Shown here one piece after another: positions 49,643 to 63,355 of a stretch of 64,000 nucleotides of DNA. Made by a program: the position numbers and the translations under genes. Origin of the DNA: Anaeromyxobacter sp. GTDB taxonomy: Bacteria > Myxococcota > Myxococcia > Myxococcales > Anaeromyxobacteraceae. How positions within the stretch are numbered: position 1 is the stretch's first letter; every line of letters starts with the position of its first letter. The stretch is taken from the NCBI GenBank assembly GCA_049840735.1, contig JASGJN010000014.1, positions 1-64,000 of the forward strand. Direction: 5' to 3'. The notes under the pieces are model-generated. The model worked only from the letters and a program-made list of their open reading frames with translations, ran no database searches and was not told the origin of the DNA.

Positions 49643-51031
49643 TCACCCCGGGAACGCCCGCACCAGCCGGGCGATGGCGCCGGGCGTCGAGCGCACGCGC
49701 ACCGAGCGGCCCGTCTCGTCGTAGTTCTCGGACAGGACGCGCGCGGCCTCGTACACCTCGCCGATGCGCCCCTGGCTGGCGTACGGGATCCGCAGCTCGG
49801 CCTCCACCATCTGGGCCTCGAAGAAGTCCAGGATGGCCTGCCGGAGCGACGCCACGTCGCCGGGCGCATGCGCCGAGAGCTGGATGGCCCCCGGGAAGCG
49901 CGTCTTCAGCTCGCGCCGCGCCGCCTCGTCGAGGCGGTCCACCTTGTTGAGCAGGAGCAGCGAGGGCACGTCGGTCGCGCCGATGTCGCGGAGGACGGAC
50001 CGGGTGACCTCGAGCTGCGCCTCGCAGGTCGGGTCGGAGGCGTCCACCACGTAGAGCAGCAGCGAGGCCTCCAGCGCCTCGTCCAGCGTGGAGCGGAAGG
50101 AGGCCACCAGGTCGTGCGGCAGCTGGCGCAGGAAGCCCACCGTGTCCGAGACCAGCACCCGGGGGCGGGACTCGGGCTGGAGCGCCCGCACCGTCGTGTC
50201 CAGCGTGGCGAAGAGCTTGTCCGCCACCAGCACCTCGCTGCCGGTGAGCGCCCGCATCAGCGACGACTTGCCCGCGTTGGTGTAGCCCACCAGCGCCACC
50301 CGGAGCTGGTCGCGCCGCGCGTGGCGGCGGTGGTCCTGCTCCTGCTGGACCGCGGCGATGCCGGCGTTCAGCTCGGCGATCCGGTCGCGGATCTTGCGCC
50401 GGTCCAGCTCCACCGCGGAGTCGCCCGCCCCCCGTCCCGCCTGGCGCTCGGAGCGCCCCGCCGACTCGCGCAGCCGCGGCGCCAGGTACTTGAGCCGCGC
50501 GATCTCCACCTGCATGCGCGCCTCGCGGCTGCGGGCGTGGCGGTGGAAGATGTCGACGATGACGCCGGTGCGATCGAGCACTAGCGCGCCGGTGGCCTTC
50601 TCGAGGTTGCGCAGCTGGCTCGGCGAGAGCTCGTGGGCGACGACCACCACCGTGGCCCGCTCTCCGGCCATCACCGCGGGCGCCCCGCCCTCCTCCTCCG
50701 CGGCCTCGGCCGGCTCGTCCTCCTCCGCCGCTTCCGCCTCCCAGCGCTCCCTGGCCTTGGAGGTCCGGTCGGCGGCCCCCGAGGCCACCACGCCCGGCCC
50801 GCCGGTGAGGTCCGCCAGCTCCTTCAGCTTCCCCGAGCCGAGCACCGTGCCCGCCCCGGTCCCGGCGCGGCGCTGGCTGACCGTGGCGACCGTCTCGTAG
50901 CCCAGCGTGTTCACCAGCCGCCGGAGCTCGGCCAGGTGCGTGGCGTGCTCGAGGTCGGAGACCTCCGGGACTTGGACGCCGACGAGGACGGCGCGCGGTC
51001 GAGCGGGATGGGTCTCTGGCATGGGGCGCAT
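49643..51031 (-). CDS. hflX: GTPase HflX
   Basis: VGYTNAGKSS, LFATLDTT, DTVGF, FRSTL.E, NKVD. Confidence 0.93.
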   Translation of the reverse strand: MRPMPETHPARPRAVLVGVQVPEVSDLEHATHLAELRRLVNTLGYETVATVSQRRAGTGAGTVLGSGKLKELADLTGGPGVVASGAADRTSKARERWEAEAAEEDEPAEAAEEEGGAPAVMAGERATVVVVAHELSPSQLRNLEKATGALVLDRTGVIVDIFHRHARSREARMQVEIARLKYLAPRLRESAGRSERQAGRGAGDSAVELDRRKIRDRIAELNAGIAAVQQEQDHRRHARRDQLRVALVGYTNAGKSSLMRALTGSEVLVADKLFATLDTTVRALQPESRPRVLVSDTVGFLRQLPHDLVASFRSTLDEALEASLLLYVVDASDPTCEAQLEVTRSVLRDIGATDVPSLLLLNKVDRLDEAARRELKTRFPGAIQLSAHAPGDVASLRQAILDFFEAQMVEAELRIPYASQGRIGEVYEAARVLSENYDETGRSVRVRSTPGAIARLVRAFPG

Positions 51032-51086
51032 GTCCTAGCAGATTCCGGACGGATCATGCCGCGCGACCACAGGACCGCCCCGCCGC

Positions 51087-51845
51087 CTACACCCGCCCGC
51101 GCACCGCCAGCGCGCGCCCCGAGAGCGTGAATGGGCCCGGCGGGTCGCCGAGCAGGGTGCGGCAGCGCTCGCGGAGCTCTGCCTGGCGCGCCGGCGGCTG
51201 CCGCAGGAGATAGTCGCCGGTGGGGCCCACGCCCTGGGCGAAGAAGCCCCAGAACGCGTCGAAGGAAGGGATTGTCGCCTCGACGTCAATGGCCCCGCCC
51301 TCCACCTCGCGCAGGCCAGCCGCCGACCAGAGCGCTTCCAGCTCGCCGCTGCGCCGGAACGGGAGCCCGCCCTCGTCCGGCGCCGCCGGGTCGAGCGCGT
51401 GGGCCGCTTCCCAGAAGATGCGGGCCGACTGGAGCCCGTTCGCCTCCCACATGCAGGCCGCCACCGCTCCGCCGGGCCGGACCACCCGCGCCAGCTCGCG
51501 CGCAGCGCGCGGCGCGTCCCCCACGAACGCGAAGACCAGCTGGGCCAGCGCGGCCGCGAACGTCCCGTCGGCGAAGGGCAGCGCCTCGGCGGTCCCCGCA
51601 CGCACATCTGCGCCCGGGACGCGGGCCCGGCAGGCCTCGGCGAAGGAGACCGACGGCTCCACCGCCGCGACCGCACCCGGCCCCAGGCGCGCCGCCAGCT
51701 CGGCCGTGAGCGCGCCGGGGCCGCTGCCCACGTCGAGGACCGGGCCCTGCGTCACGCCGGCGAAGTCCACGAAGCGCGGCGCGAGCTGACGCGAGAAGCG
51801 GCCCACGACCTGGTCGTACGCTTCAGCGGGGAGGGCGAAGGACAT
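51087..51845 (-). CDS. Class I SAM-dependent methyltransferase
   Basis: VLDVGSGPG, AEALPFADGTF, VVRPGG. Confidence 0.9.
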   Translation of the reverse strand: MSFALPAEAYDQVVGRFSRQLAPRFVDFAGVTQGPVLDVGSGPGALTAELAARLGPGAVAAVEPSVSFAEACRARVPGADVRAGTAEALPFADGTFAAALAQLVFAFVGDAPRAARELARVVRPGGAVAACMWEANGLQSARIFWEAAHALDPAAPDEGGLPFRRSGELEALWSAAGLREVEGGAIDVEATIPSFDAFWGFFAQGVGPTGDYLLRQPPARQAELRERCRTLLGDPPGPFTLSGRALAVRGRV

Positions 51846-51979
51846 GGGGCAGCGGTAACGGGCGTGGGAGCTGGGTGCAGCGGTCTGCTTCGAAGCATCG
51901 GAGGCGGCACGGAGCGACGCACTCAGCCTTCCAGCCCCGACGGGTACCGCGCTGCGCTTCACTGGCCGATGTGCGCGTC

Positions 51980-51997
51980 CATCCGTAATAACGGATG
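51980..51997. promoter_or_regulatory. Palindromic putative operator between divergent genes
   Basis: CATCCGT-AATA-ACGGATG. Confidence 0.5.
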
Positions 51998-52047
51998 AGT
52001 TGTCAGCTCACGCCGGCCCGGACCGCGGCCTCACGAGGAACCCCGTC

Positions 52048-52707
52048 ATGTCGAAGACCTTCACCGACACCCTGCTCGAGAACAACCAGCAGTACGCAGC
52101 AGGGAAGCCCCTCCACCGCCCTCAGCACCCGGGGCCACAGCCCATCCGCCCGGCGCGCCAGGTGGCGGTGGTCGCCTGCATGGACGCCCGCCTGGCGGTG
52201 GAGGACCTGCTCGGGCTCCAGACCGGCGAGGCCCACGTGATCCGGAACGCGGGGGGCGTCGTGACCGAGGACACCATCCGCTCGCTCGTCATCTCCCACC
52301 ACCTGCTCGACACGCGCGAGATCGTCCTCGTCCACCACACGCGCTGCGGGATGCTGGCCTTCACGGACGACCTGCTGAAGGCCGGCCTGGAGGGTGACAA
52401 GCCCGCCGGCGACCTCCTGGCCAAGGCGACCGGCCGCGCCTTCAAGCCCACGGAGCGCGCCTCCAGCTCCCCCGCCTCGTTCTTCGCCTTCCGGGGGCCG
52501 ATCGAGCCGCTCGACAATCCCCACAGCCCGGAGGCCCAGCGTCGCCTGGAGTGGGACGTCCGCCGGGGCATCTCCGCCATCGTCAGCCACCCCTGGATCC
52601 CGACCGCGGGCCCGGACGCCGTCACGGTGCGCGGCTTCATCTACGACGTCGACACCGGGCGGCTCTCCGAGGTCTCCTTCCCCGGGGCCACCGGATCCAT
52701 CGGGTGA
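52048..52707 (+). CDS. Beta-class carbonic anhydrase
   Basis: [26 protein letters not shown]. Confidence 0.9.
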   Translation: MSKTFTDTLLENNQQYAAGKPLHRPQHPGPQPIRPARQVAVVACMDARLAVEDLLGLQTGEAHVIRNAGGVVTEDTIRSLVISHHLLDTREIVLVHHTRCGMLAFTDDLLKAGLEGDKPAGDLLAKATGRAFKPTERASSSPASFFAFRGPIEPLDNPHSPEAQRRLEWDVRRGISAIVSHPWIPTAGPDAVTVRGFIYDVDTGRLSEVSFPGATGSIG

Positions 52708-52737
52708 ATCGCAGGCGCCCTGGGTGACCAGCCGAGC

Positions 52738-54069
52738 TCAGCGCCGTCCGCGTGACGGCCCCGCGGCGCCGGTCCGGAGGCCGTCACCCCGGCCCGCGCC
52801 TCGGCCGGGCCGGCCCTGCGCCGTCGCGAGCGAGACCGCTCCGAAGCCGAAGCGCGCCCTGAGGCTGTCCACGACCGCTCCGACCCGCTCGTTGCGATCG
52901 AACAGGGGGAGCTGCTCGAACGCCCCCAGGTTCGAGAGCTGCAGCCCGAGCAGCCGGATGGGCAGCCGCCGGGTGCGCGCCGCGACGAACATGGCCTTCA
53001 CGACCGGGAAGAGCTCGAGCTCCGAGCTGGTCGCCGACGTGGTCTGCGAACGCGTCAGCGTGTGGAAGTCCGCGTAGCGCAGCTTGAGGGTCACCGTCCG
53101 GGCCTTCACGTGGCGCCGGCGCGCGCGCCAGCAGACCCGCTCGCAGAGGCCGCACAGGACCGCCTCGATGGACGCAGGGTCGTCGACGTCCTCGGCGAAG
53201 GTGCGCTCGTTGGAGATGCTGCCGACCGCCTCGCCCTCCGGGTCGTGCTCCGTGAACGCGGGGCGTTCGCGGCCGAGCTGGCCCGAGCCCAGCCCCCGGA
53301 CGCCGCGCGAGATCGACGCCGCCCAGGCGCCGAAGATCTCCTGGAGGTCCACGAGCGGGGCCTCGGCCACCTGGCCCAGGGTCCGGTAGCCGGCGGCGTT
53401 CAGCTTGGCCTCCCCGACCGGACCGATGCCCGGGAAGGACCGCACCGGCAGCGGCGCGAGCACCTCGCGCTCGACGCCCGCGGGGACCAGCATCACGCCG
53501 CGGGGCTTGGCCAGCGCCGACGCGACCTTGGCCACCACCAGGCTGGTGGCGATCCCGGCGCTCGAGGGCAGGCCGACCTCGTCGTGGATGGCGCCGGTGA
53601 GCCGGAGCACCGCCCGCTCGATGACGCCGTCCCCGGCCCGCTCCGCGCCCGCCGGCGAGCTGGCCAGGTCCCCAGCGCCGTGGAGCCGCTCGCAACCGGA
53701 GAAGTCGAGGTACATCTCGTCGATGCTGGCGACCCGCACCCTGGGCGTGAACCGGCGGGCCAGCTCGCGCACGCGCTCGGCGTAGGTGCCGTACAGCTCG
53801 TGGCGTGTGGGCAGGTAGATCGCCTGCGGCGCCAGCCGCCCCGCCTCGACCAGCGACATGCCCGACTTCACGCCCAGGCGCCGCACCTCGTAGCTGGCGG
53901 CGGTGACCACGCCGCGGCTCCCGGGCTTGCCGCCCACCACCACCGGCTTGCCCTCGAGCGTCGGGTCGAGGAGCCGCTCCACCGAGACGAAGAAGGTGTC
54001 GAGGTCCAGGCAGCAGATGCGCGGCGCCTGGAGCGGCTGTTCACGCGCGAGTTCCGACGCCTGGCCCAT
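52738..54069 (-). CDS. dinB: DNA polymerase IV
   Basis: LDLDTFFVSVE, ASYEVR, ASIDEMYLD, KVAS..AKP.G, SISNERTF. Confidence 0.93.
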   Translation of the reverse strand: MGQASELAREQPLQAPRICCLDLDTFFVSVERLLDPTLEGKPVVVGGKPGSRGVVTAASYEVRRLGVKSGMSLVEAGRLAPQAIYLPTRHELYGTYAERVRELARRFTPRVRVASIDEMYLDFSGCERLHGAGDLASSPAGAERAGDGVIERAVLRLTGAIHDEVGLPSSAGIATSLVVAKVASALAKPRGVMLVPAGVEREVLAPLPVRSFPGIGPVGEAKLNAAGYRTLGQVAEAPLVDLQEIFGAWAASISRGVRGLGSGQLGRERPAFTEHDPEGEAVGSISNERTFAEDVDDPASIEAVLCGLCERVCWRARRRHVKARTVTLKLRYADFHTLTRSQTTSATSSELELFPVVKAMFVAARTRRLPIRLLGLQLSNLGAFEQLPLFDRNERVGAVVDSLRARFGFGAVSLATAQGRPGRGAGRGDGLRTGAAGPSRGRR

Positions 54070-54075
54070 GGCCGG

Positions 54076-54104
54076 ACGATAACTGATCGCTTGTTCAGTG
54101 GCAA
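54076..54104 (-). promoter_or_regulatory. sigma70 promoter of dinB with LexA-like box (54083-54098) in the spacer
   Basis: TTGCCA-17-TATCGT on minus strand; plus strand CTGATCGCTTGTTCAG nearly matches the Myxococcus LexA consensus CTRHAMRYBYGTTCAGS. Confidence 0.78.
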
Positions 54105-54294
54105 GCCTCAGCGGCGCGCCGCCTACCGGCCTGGTCGGACAGCGGACGCCGCCTGGGGGATGACGCTCCGAGGCGCAGGTCGAATGGGTGGCCGCCGCCA
54201 TCCCAGGTTGTCGATCGGACCTCGACCGGCCATCTCTTCTCGCCGACCGGTCGAACCGGGCTCGAGCGCAGGTCGACCAGACGGAGACGTGCAC

Positions 54295-54909
54295 ATGCCC
54301 AAGATCGTCGTGAACGCATTCCTGACCCTGGACGGCGTCATGCAGGCTCCTGGCGGCCCTGACGAGGACCGCGAGGGCGGCTTCGCCCACGGAGGCTGGC
54401 AGGCTCCCTACTCCGAGGAGGCCATGGGACGGCTGGTGACCGAGGGGATCGCCGACGCCGACGGGTTCCTGCTCGGGCGCAAGACCTACGACATCTTCGC
54501 CGGCTACTGGCCCAAGGTCACCGACCCCGCCAACCCCATCGCGACCGCGCTCAACTCGCGGCCCAAGTACGTAGTCTCGCGCAGCCTCCAGCGCGTCACC
54601 TGGAACAACTCCAGCCTGATCAAGGGCGACGTGGTGGCGGGGCTCCAGGCCCTGCGGCAACAGCCCGGCCGGACGGTACAGACCTGGGGCAGCGCCGAGC
54701 TGCTGCAGACGCTGCAGAAGAACGACCTCATCGACGAGTACCGGCTGTTCATCTACCCGCTGGTGCTCGGCACCGGGAAGCGGCTCTTCGGCAGCGGCAC
54801 CGTGCCGGCCGCGTTCAAGCAGGTGGAGTCGGTTACCACCGGTAAAGGTGTGACGTACAAGCGACTGGAGCCCGCCGGGAAGCCGGAGTACGGGGTGGTC
54901 GGGGAGTAG
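54295..54909 (+). CDS. Dihydrofolate reductase/RibD C-terminal family protein
   Basis: TLDGVMQAPGG, LLGRKTY, GSAEL, LGTGKRLF. Confidence 0.92.
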   Translation: MPKIVVNAFLTLDGVMQAPGGPDEDREGGFAHGGWQAPYSEEAMGRLVTEGIADADGFLLGRKTYDIFAGYWPKVTDPANPIATALNSRPKYVVSRSLQRVTWNNSSLIKGDVVAGLQALRQQPGRTVQTWGSAELLQTLQKNDLIDEYRLFIYPLVLGTGKRLFGSGTVPAAFKQVESVTTGKGVTYKRLEPAGKPEYGVVGE

Positions 54910-55101
54910 GCTTCACGCCGAGGCGGCCACGCGAACGACGAAGGCCGCGACCGACGGCTTCCGGCCTCACCTGCCTGCGGGCCGGGCTCTTCGCGAGAAG
55001 ACACGGCGCTGCTTGTGTCGCCCCATCTGTCACCAAGGTTGGTATGAAGGTCACCCGTGCGCTCGGGCTCGGACCACTCGGCGCGCCCGCCTGGGAGAGA
55101 G

Positions 55102-57803
55102 ATGAGCGACGGCAACCTCACGCTGGGCCTGACTCCCCACGGCCACGTCGTGACCACGGTCGACGACGACGTCTCCGCGCTCGAACCTTCGCGTGCGCAG
55201 CGCATCGAGCGCTCCTTCGCGCGCGGGCCAGGCCACGGGCTCCTCCACCTCGGGGCCGCCGAGGTTGGGACCTTCCTGCCGCCGGTCCTCGGCTACTGGC
55301 GAGACTTCGCCACCCGCTTCGTGTCTGCCCTGTGCACGAGCCAGGCCGCGGATGACCCTGACGTGCTGCTGGTTCCGCGACCGCCGCCCACCGAGGTGCT
55401 CGAGGAGCTCGCGACCGCGGCTCCGCCGATGTCCGGAGCCGAGTACCTCGACGCGGAGGTCCTGACGACGCTCTGGACCGACCTGGGCGAGGCCTTCGCC
55501 GAGGAGCACCGTGCCTCGCGGGCCACGCTCCAGGCGTTCCTGACGAGCCTCAACCCTGCCTGGAACCTCGTCGGGCGCGTCCACTTCAACCTCGCCGAGA
55601 ACCGCCGCGACGAGGAGGCGCCCTTCGCCTTCCTGGCGACCTACACCAGCAAGCTGTCGGCCCACGGCAAGGCGCAGCACCTCCCCCTCGGCGAGGCCCT
55701 GCGAGAGTACGCCGGCGCAGCCGACAGGCCGCGCCTGCTCTCGCTGCTCGTGCCCGTGCAGCGCGCCGCAGAGCGCTGCGGCTGGCTCCGGGAGATGGTG
55801 GACGCTGGCGAGGTCTTCCATCCGCTCCGCTGGTCGCCGAAGGAGGCCTGCCGGCTCCTGGGCGACGCGCCGGAGCTGGAGGCGGCCGGCGTGGTGGTGC
55901 GGATGCCGGCGAGCTGGCGTTCCGGTCGCCCTGCCCGCCCGCTGGTGACCGCGACCGTCGGCGCCGCTGCGCCCCCCCAGCTCGGCAAGGACGCGCTGTT
56001 GGATTTCCGCGTGAGCCTGACGCTCGACGGAGAGGCGCTGAGCCCTGCGGAGGCGAAGGCGCTCCTGGCGACCACCAGCGGCCTGGCCCTCATCCGTGGC
56101 CGGTGGGTCGAGGTCGACCGCGGGCGGATCTCCCGGACGATGCAGCGCCTCCAGGAGGTCCAGGCGCTGGCAGACGAGCGCGGAATCACCTTCGCCGAGG
56201 CGATGCGCGCGCTCGCGGGGGCCGACGTCACGGGCGAGGGCACGGGGTCGAGCCCGGACGTGCAGTGGTCGCAGATCGTGGCCGGCCCGTGGCTCGCCGA
56301 CGTGCTGAAGGGCTTGCGCTCACCGGAGGGGCTCGCACAGGTGACGCCCGGGCGTGAGCTTCGCGGCACGCTCCGCCCCTACCAGGAGGTCGGCCTTCGA
56401 TGGCTGCACCTCCTCACCAGCCTGGGGCTCGGCGCATGCCTTGCCGACGACATGGGGCTCGGCAAGACCATCCAGGTGTTGTCGCTCCTGCTCGTGAGAC
56501 GGGCTGCCCGCACGAAGCACCTCCCCAGCTTGCTGGTGGCGCCGGCCTCCCTCCTCGCCAACTGGATGGGAGAGATCGAGCGGTTCGCGCCGGGGCTCAG
56601 GGCGGTGGTCGCCCATCCCTCGGCCATGCCGGCCAGCGAGCTCGCGGCCATGGACGCGCGGAGGCTCTCGGCGACGGACCTCGTCATCACCAGCTACGGC
56701 TCGCTGCTCCGGCTACCGTGGACCGCCTCCACCGCCTGGGACCTCGTGATCCTCGACGAGGCCCAGGCCATCAAGAACCCCGGCGCCAAGCAGACCCGGG
56801 CGGCCAAGAAGCTCTCCGCCCGGAGCCGGATCGCGCTCACCGGGACCCCCATCGAGAACCGGCTGGGCGATCTCTGGTCCATCTTCGACTTCACGAACCC
56901 CGGGCTCCTCGGCTCGGCGAAGGAGTTCACCGCCTACGCGAAGCGCCTCGCGGCCGCGGAGGGCACGGCCTATGGACCGCTGCGAAAGCTCGTCCGGCCG
57001 TACGTCCTGCGGCGGCTCAAGACCGACAAGGCCGTCATCTCCGATCTGCCGGGGAAGACGGAGGTGAAGGCCTTCTGCCCGCTCAGCCGCAAGCAGGCGG
57101 CGCTCTACCAGCAGGCCGTCGAGGAGCTAGGCCGGGAGCTCGAGCGCACGGACGGGATCCGGCGCCGCGGGGTCGTCCTCGCGAGCCTCACGCGCCTCAA
57201 GCAGATCTGCAACCACCCTTCCCAGTGGCTCGGCGACGGCGCCTGGGCCGAGGACGACAGCGGGAAGTGGGCCCGGCTGCGGGAGATCGCCGAGGTGCTC
57301 GCCTCCCGGCAGGAGAAGGCGCTGGTCTTCACCCAGTTCCGCGAGGTGGTCGGTCCGCTCTCCGCATTCCTCGGCGGCGTCTTCGGCCGGCCGGGGCTGA
57401 TGCTCCACGGCCAGACCGAGGTGAAGGAGCGAAGGGAGCTGGTGCGGCGGTTCCAGGAGGACGAGTCGGTCCCTTCTTCGTGCTGTCGCTCAAGGCGGGC
57501 GGCTCGGGGCTCAACCTCACCGCCGCCTCGCACGTGGTGCACTTCGACCGATGGTGGAACCCGGCGGTCGAGGACCAGGCGAGCGACCGCGCCTTCCGCA
57601 TCGGCCAGCGGCGGAACGTGCTCGTCCACAAGCTCGTCTGCAAGGGGACCGTGGAGGAGCGCATCGACGCGCTCATCGAATCGAAGAAGCGGCTGACGCG
57701 GGATCTGCTAGAAGGGGGCGCGGAGCTGAACCTGACCGAGCTGGAGGACGAGGAGCTGCTCCGCCTCGTCGCCCTCGACCTGGGCGCGGCCCTGAAGGAG
57801 TGA
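55102..57803 (+). CDS. SNF2 family helicase (frameshift at about 57470)
   Basis: [56 protein letters not shown]. Confidence 0.93.
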
Positions 57804-57807
57804 CAAC

Positions 57808-58675
57808 GTGTTCGACGACTGGCGCCCCTACGTACCGGTCGCGGAGCGCCGCCGCAGGGCCGAGCGGGAGATGCAGCGGCGCCGCAAGAAGGGCCACCCC
57901 GTGTCGCCCGTCGTGGTCGAGGGACGGACCATCGCGCGGACCTTCTGGGGAAAGGCGTGGTGCGACAACCTCGAGCGCTACAGCGACTTCGCCAACCGCC
58001 TGCCCCGGGGGCGCACGTACGTGCGGAACGGCTCCGTGGTGGACCTCCAGAATCTCTCCCGGCCTCGTCGCCGCCTTCGTCTCGGGGTCGGAGCTCTACG
58101 AGGTCGCGGTGAAGATCGCTCCCGTCCCCGGGCCGCGGTGGACGGCGATTTGCCGGGACTGCGCCGGCGCCATCGACTCGGTGGTCGAGCTGCTCCAGGG
58201 GCGCTTCTCGACCGGCGTCATGGAGCGGATCAGCCGACAGGACACCGGGCTCTTCCCGGCGCCGGGGCAGATCGAGCTCTCCTGCAGCTGCCCGGACTGG
58301 GCCGACCTGTGCAAGCACGTCGCGGCCGTCCTCTACGGCATCGGCGCCCGCCTCGACCACGAGCCAGAGTTGCTCTTCCGGTTGCGGGGGGTGGACGAGA
58401 AGGACCTGCTCGCCACGGCCGGCGGCAGCGCTTCGCTGTCGAAGGCCGCACCTGCGCAGGCGAAGGTCCTCGCCTCCGACCAGCTCTCGGAGCTGTTCGG
58501 GATCGAGCTCGCCGCGCCCTTCCAGGAGAAGGGCGTGCGCGAGGACGGCAGGCCGTCTCGAAGGTCCCGTCGTCCGACAGCGAAGGCCGCAAGACCGGCG
58601 GTGAAACCAAAGGGCGAGGGTCACCAGCGTCCAAGACGACCGCTCGCTCGAGCAGCGAGGAAGGCCCGCCGATGA
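57808..58675 (+). CDS. SWIM zinc finger protein (frameshift at about 58050)
   Basis: FWGKAWC, NRLPRGRTYVRNG, CSCPDWADLCKHVAAVLY, LFRLRG. Confidence 0.9.
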
Positions 58676-58915
58676 CGATGCGCCCGTTCCACGACCTCTT
58701 CCCGGAGCTCGCCGAACGCCAGCGCCTCCCGGACCACCGCACGAGGACGAATCCCAGACCTTCCTCGACCCGCTCAACCCCGCCACTACCTCGCCTGGAA
58801 GTCCATCGTCGATGACCCCGGGCACCCCGACCACCATAAGGTCCTCCTCGAGTCCATCACCTGCGCACTCGGACCCGCTCTAGCGCGAGGAGGGCTTCGG
58901 CCCCGTTCCTGCGGA

Positions 58916-60148
58916 TCAGGTGAACCGGGTGATGACCTCGAAGCCCACGGTGTCGAAGGTGGTCATCCGCCGGAGCGTGTCGGTGATGTCGCCAAGAGCG
59001 ACCTGGCGGGTCACCAGCCTTGCGGGATCGAGCTTTCTGCGGGCCACCAGGGAGAGCAGCTCGGCATATTGGGGATGGGGATTTCCCAGCGATCCGACGA
59101 CCTCCAGCTCCAACATGGTCAACATGTCGAGCGGGAGTGAGACCTGACCACGCTCTTCCTGCGAGGTGATGCCGACCTGCACGTGACGGCCCCGCTTGCG
59201 CAGCGACCGGAACGACTGCTCGAAGGTGAACGCGCGGCCCAGTGCGTCGATCGAGACGTGCGCGCCGCCGCCCGTCAGCTCCTTGACGGCATCGCCGACC
59301 TGAGCCGGCGTGAGCGCGCCGGCGTTGATGGTGGCGACCGCGCCTTCTTCGCGCGCCTTGGCGAGCTTGCGGTCATCGACGTCGACGGCGACGACCAACG
59401 CCTCGGAGGCTGCCGCGATCTGGACGGCCGACAGCCCGACCCCACCGCATCCCTGAACCGCCAGCCATTCGCCGGGCCTGGCCTGCCCTCGGCCGGTGAC
59501 AGCCCGGTAGGCCGTCATGAAGCGACAACCCAGTGCGGCGGCCGAGAGCGCGCTAACGCCTTCAGGCAGCTTGATGCAGTTGAGGTCGGCCGCTCGCACC
59601 GTCGCGTACTGCGCCCAGCCGCCGATCCGCTGGTCTCTCGGGACGGGGTTGTCGCACAGGTTCTGATACCCGCCGCGGCACGACGGACACGTGCCGTCGG
59701 CGGAATGGAACGGGATGGTGACGCGATCGCCGACCTTGATCGCGCGCACGGCAGGTCCGACCTCCTCGACGATGCCGCCCACCTCGTGCCCGGTATTGGT
59801 CGGCAGTTTCAGCTCGAAGCCGAACCAGGTGAGGTCGTGATTCCAAAAATGCCAATCGCTCCGGCAGATGCCGCTGGCTTCCACGCGTATGATCGCGCCG
59901 TCGGGGGGCAGCGGCAAGACGGCCTGATCGACCACTTCGATGGGCCCGCGAAAGCTCGACATCTGCGCAGCACGCATGATGCGCGGAGCGCTCCTGGTCC
60001 CACGGGCGCTTGCTTGCCCCGCCTCGACGGTGCCGGTCGCGAACAGGGCGGCCGCGGCCACTCCGGTCGAACCGACGAGCTTCAGCGCATCGCGCCTGCT
60101 CATGTTGCTTGCGGGGTCATTCGAAGCTGCTGCATCAGGTGGCTTCAT
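58916..60148 (-). CDS. Zinc-binding alcohol dehydrogenase with Tat-like N-terminus
   Basis: SRRDALK, ICRSDWH, GHE, LGCRFMT, GCGGVG. Confidence 0.9.
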   Translation of the reverse strand: MKPPDAAASNDPASNMSRRDALKLVGSTGVAAAALFATGTVEAGQASARGTRSAPRIMRAAQMSSFRGPIEVVDQAVLPLPPDGAIIRVEASGICRSDWHFWNHDLTWFGFELKLPTNTGHEVGGIVEEVGPAVRAIKVGDRVTIPFHSADGTCPSCRGGYQNLCDNPVPRDQRIGGWAQYATVRAADLNCIKLPEGVSALSAAALGCRFMTAYRAVTGRGQARPGEWLAVQGCGGVGLSAVQIAAASEALVVAVDVDDRKLAKAREEGAVATINAGALTPAQVGDAVKELTGGGAHVSIDALGRAFTFEQSFRSLRKRGRHVQVGITSQEERGQVSLPLDMLTMLELEVVGSLGNPHPQYAELLSLVARRKLDPARLVTRQVALGDITDTLRRMTTFDTVGFEVITRFT

Positions 60149-60183
60149 CCTGGGGCCTCCATCCACTGCGAGCGGGAAACGCA

Positions 60184-60331
60184 TCACTTCCTGAGAATCC
60201 TTCCGAGGAACTCCCTCAGCCTGGTCATGGCGGCGTCCGCGCACCTGGGGAGCCAGTACGTCTCGATGTGCCTGGCACCGTCGATCTCGCGGAGTTCCTT
60301 GTCCTTCGTGCCGGTGGCCTCGGCGAACGCG

Positions 60332-60333
<2 letters not shown>
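60184..60333 (-). pseudogene. C-terminal remnant of a YcjY-like alpha/beta hydrolase
   Basis: DAFAEATGTKDKELREIDGARHIETYW...; no start codon, abuts the AKR stop. Confidence 0.65.
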
Positions 60334-63351
<3,018 letters not shown>

Positions 63352-63355
<4 letters not shown>

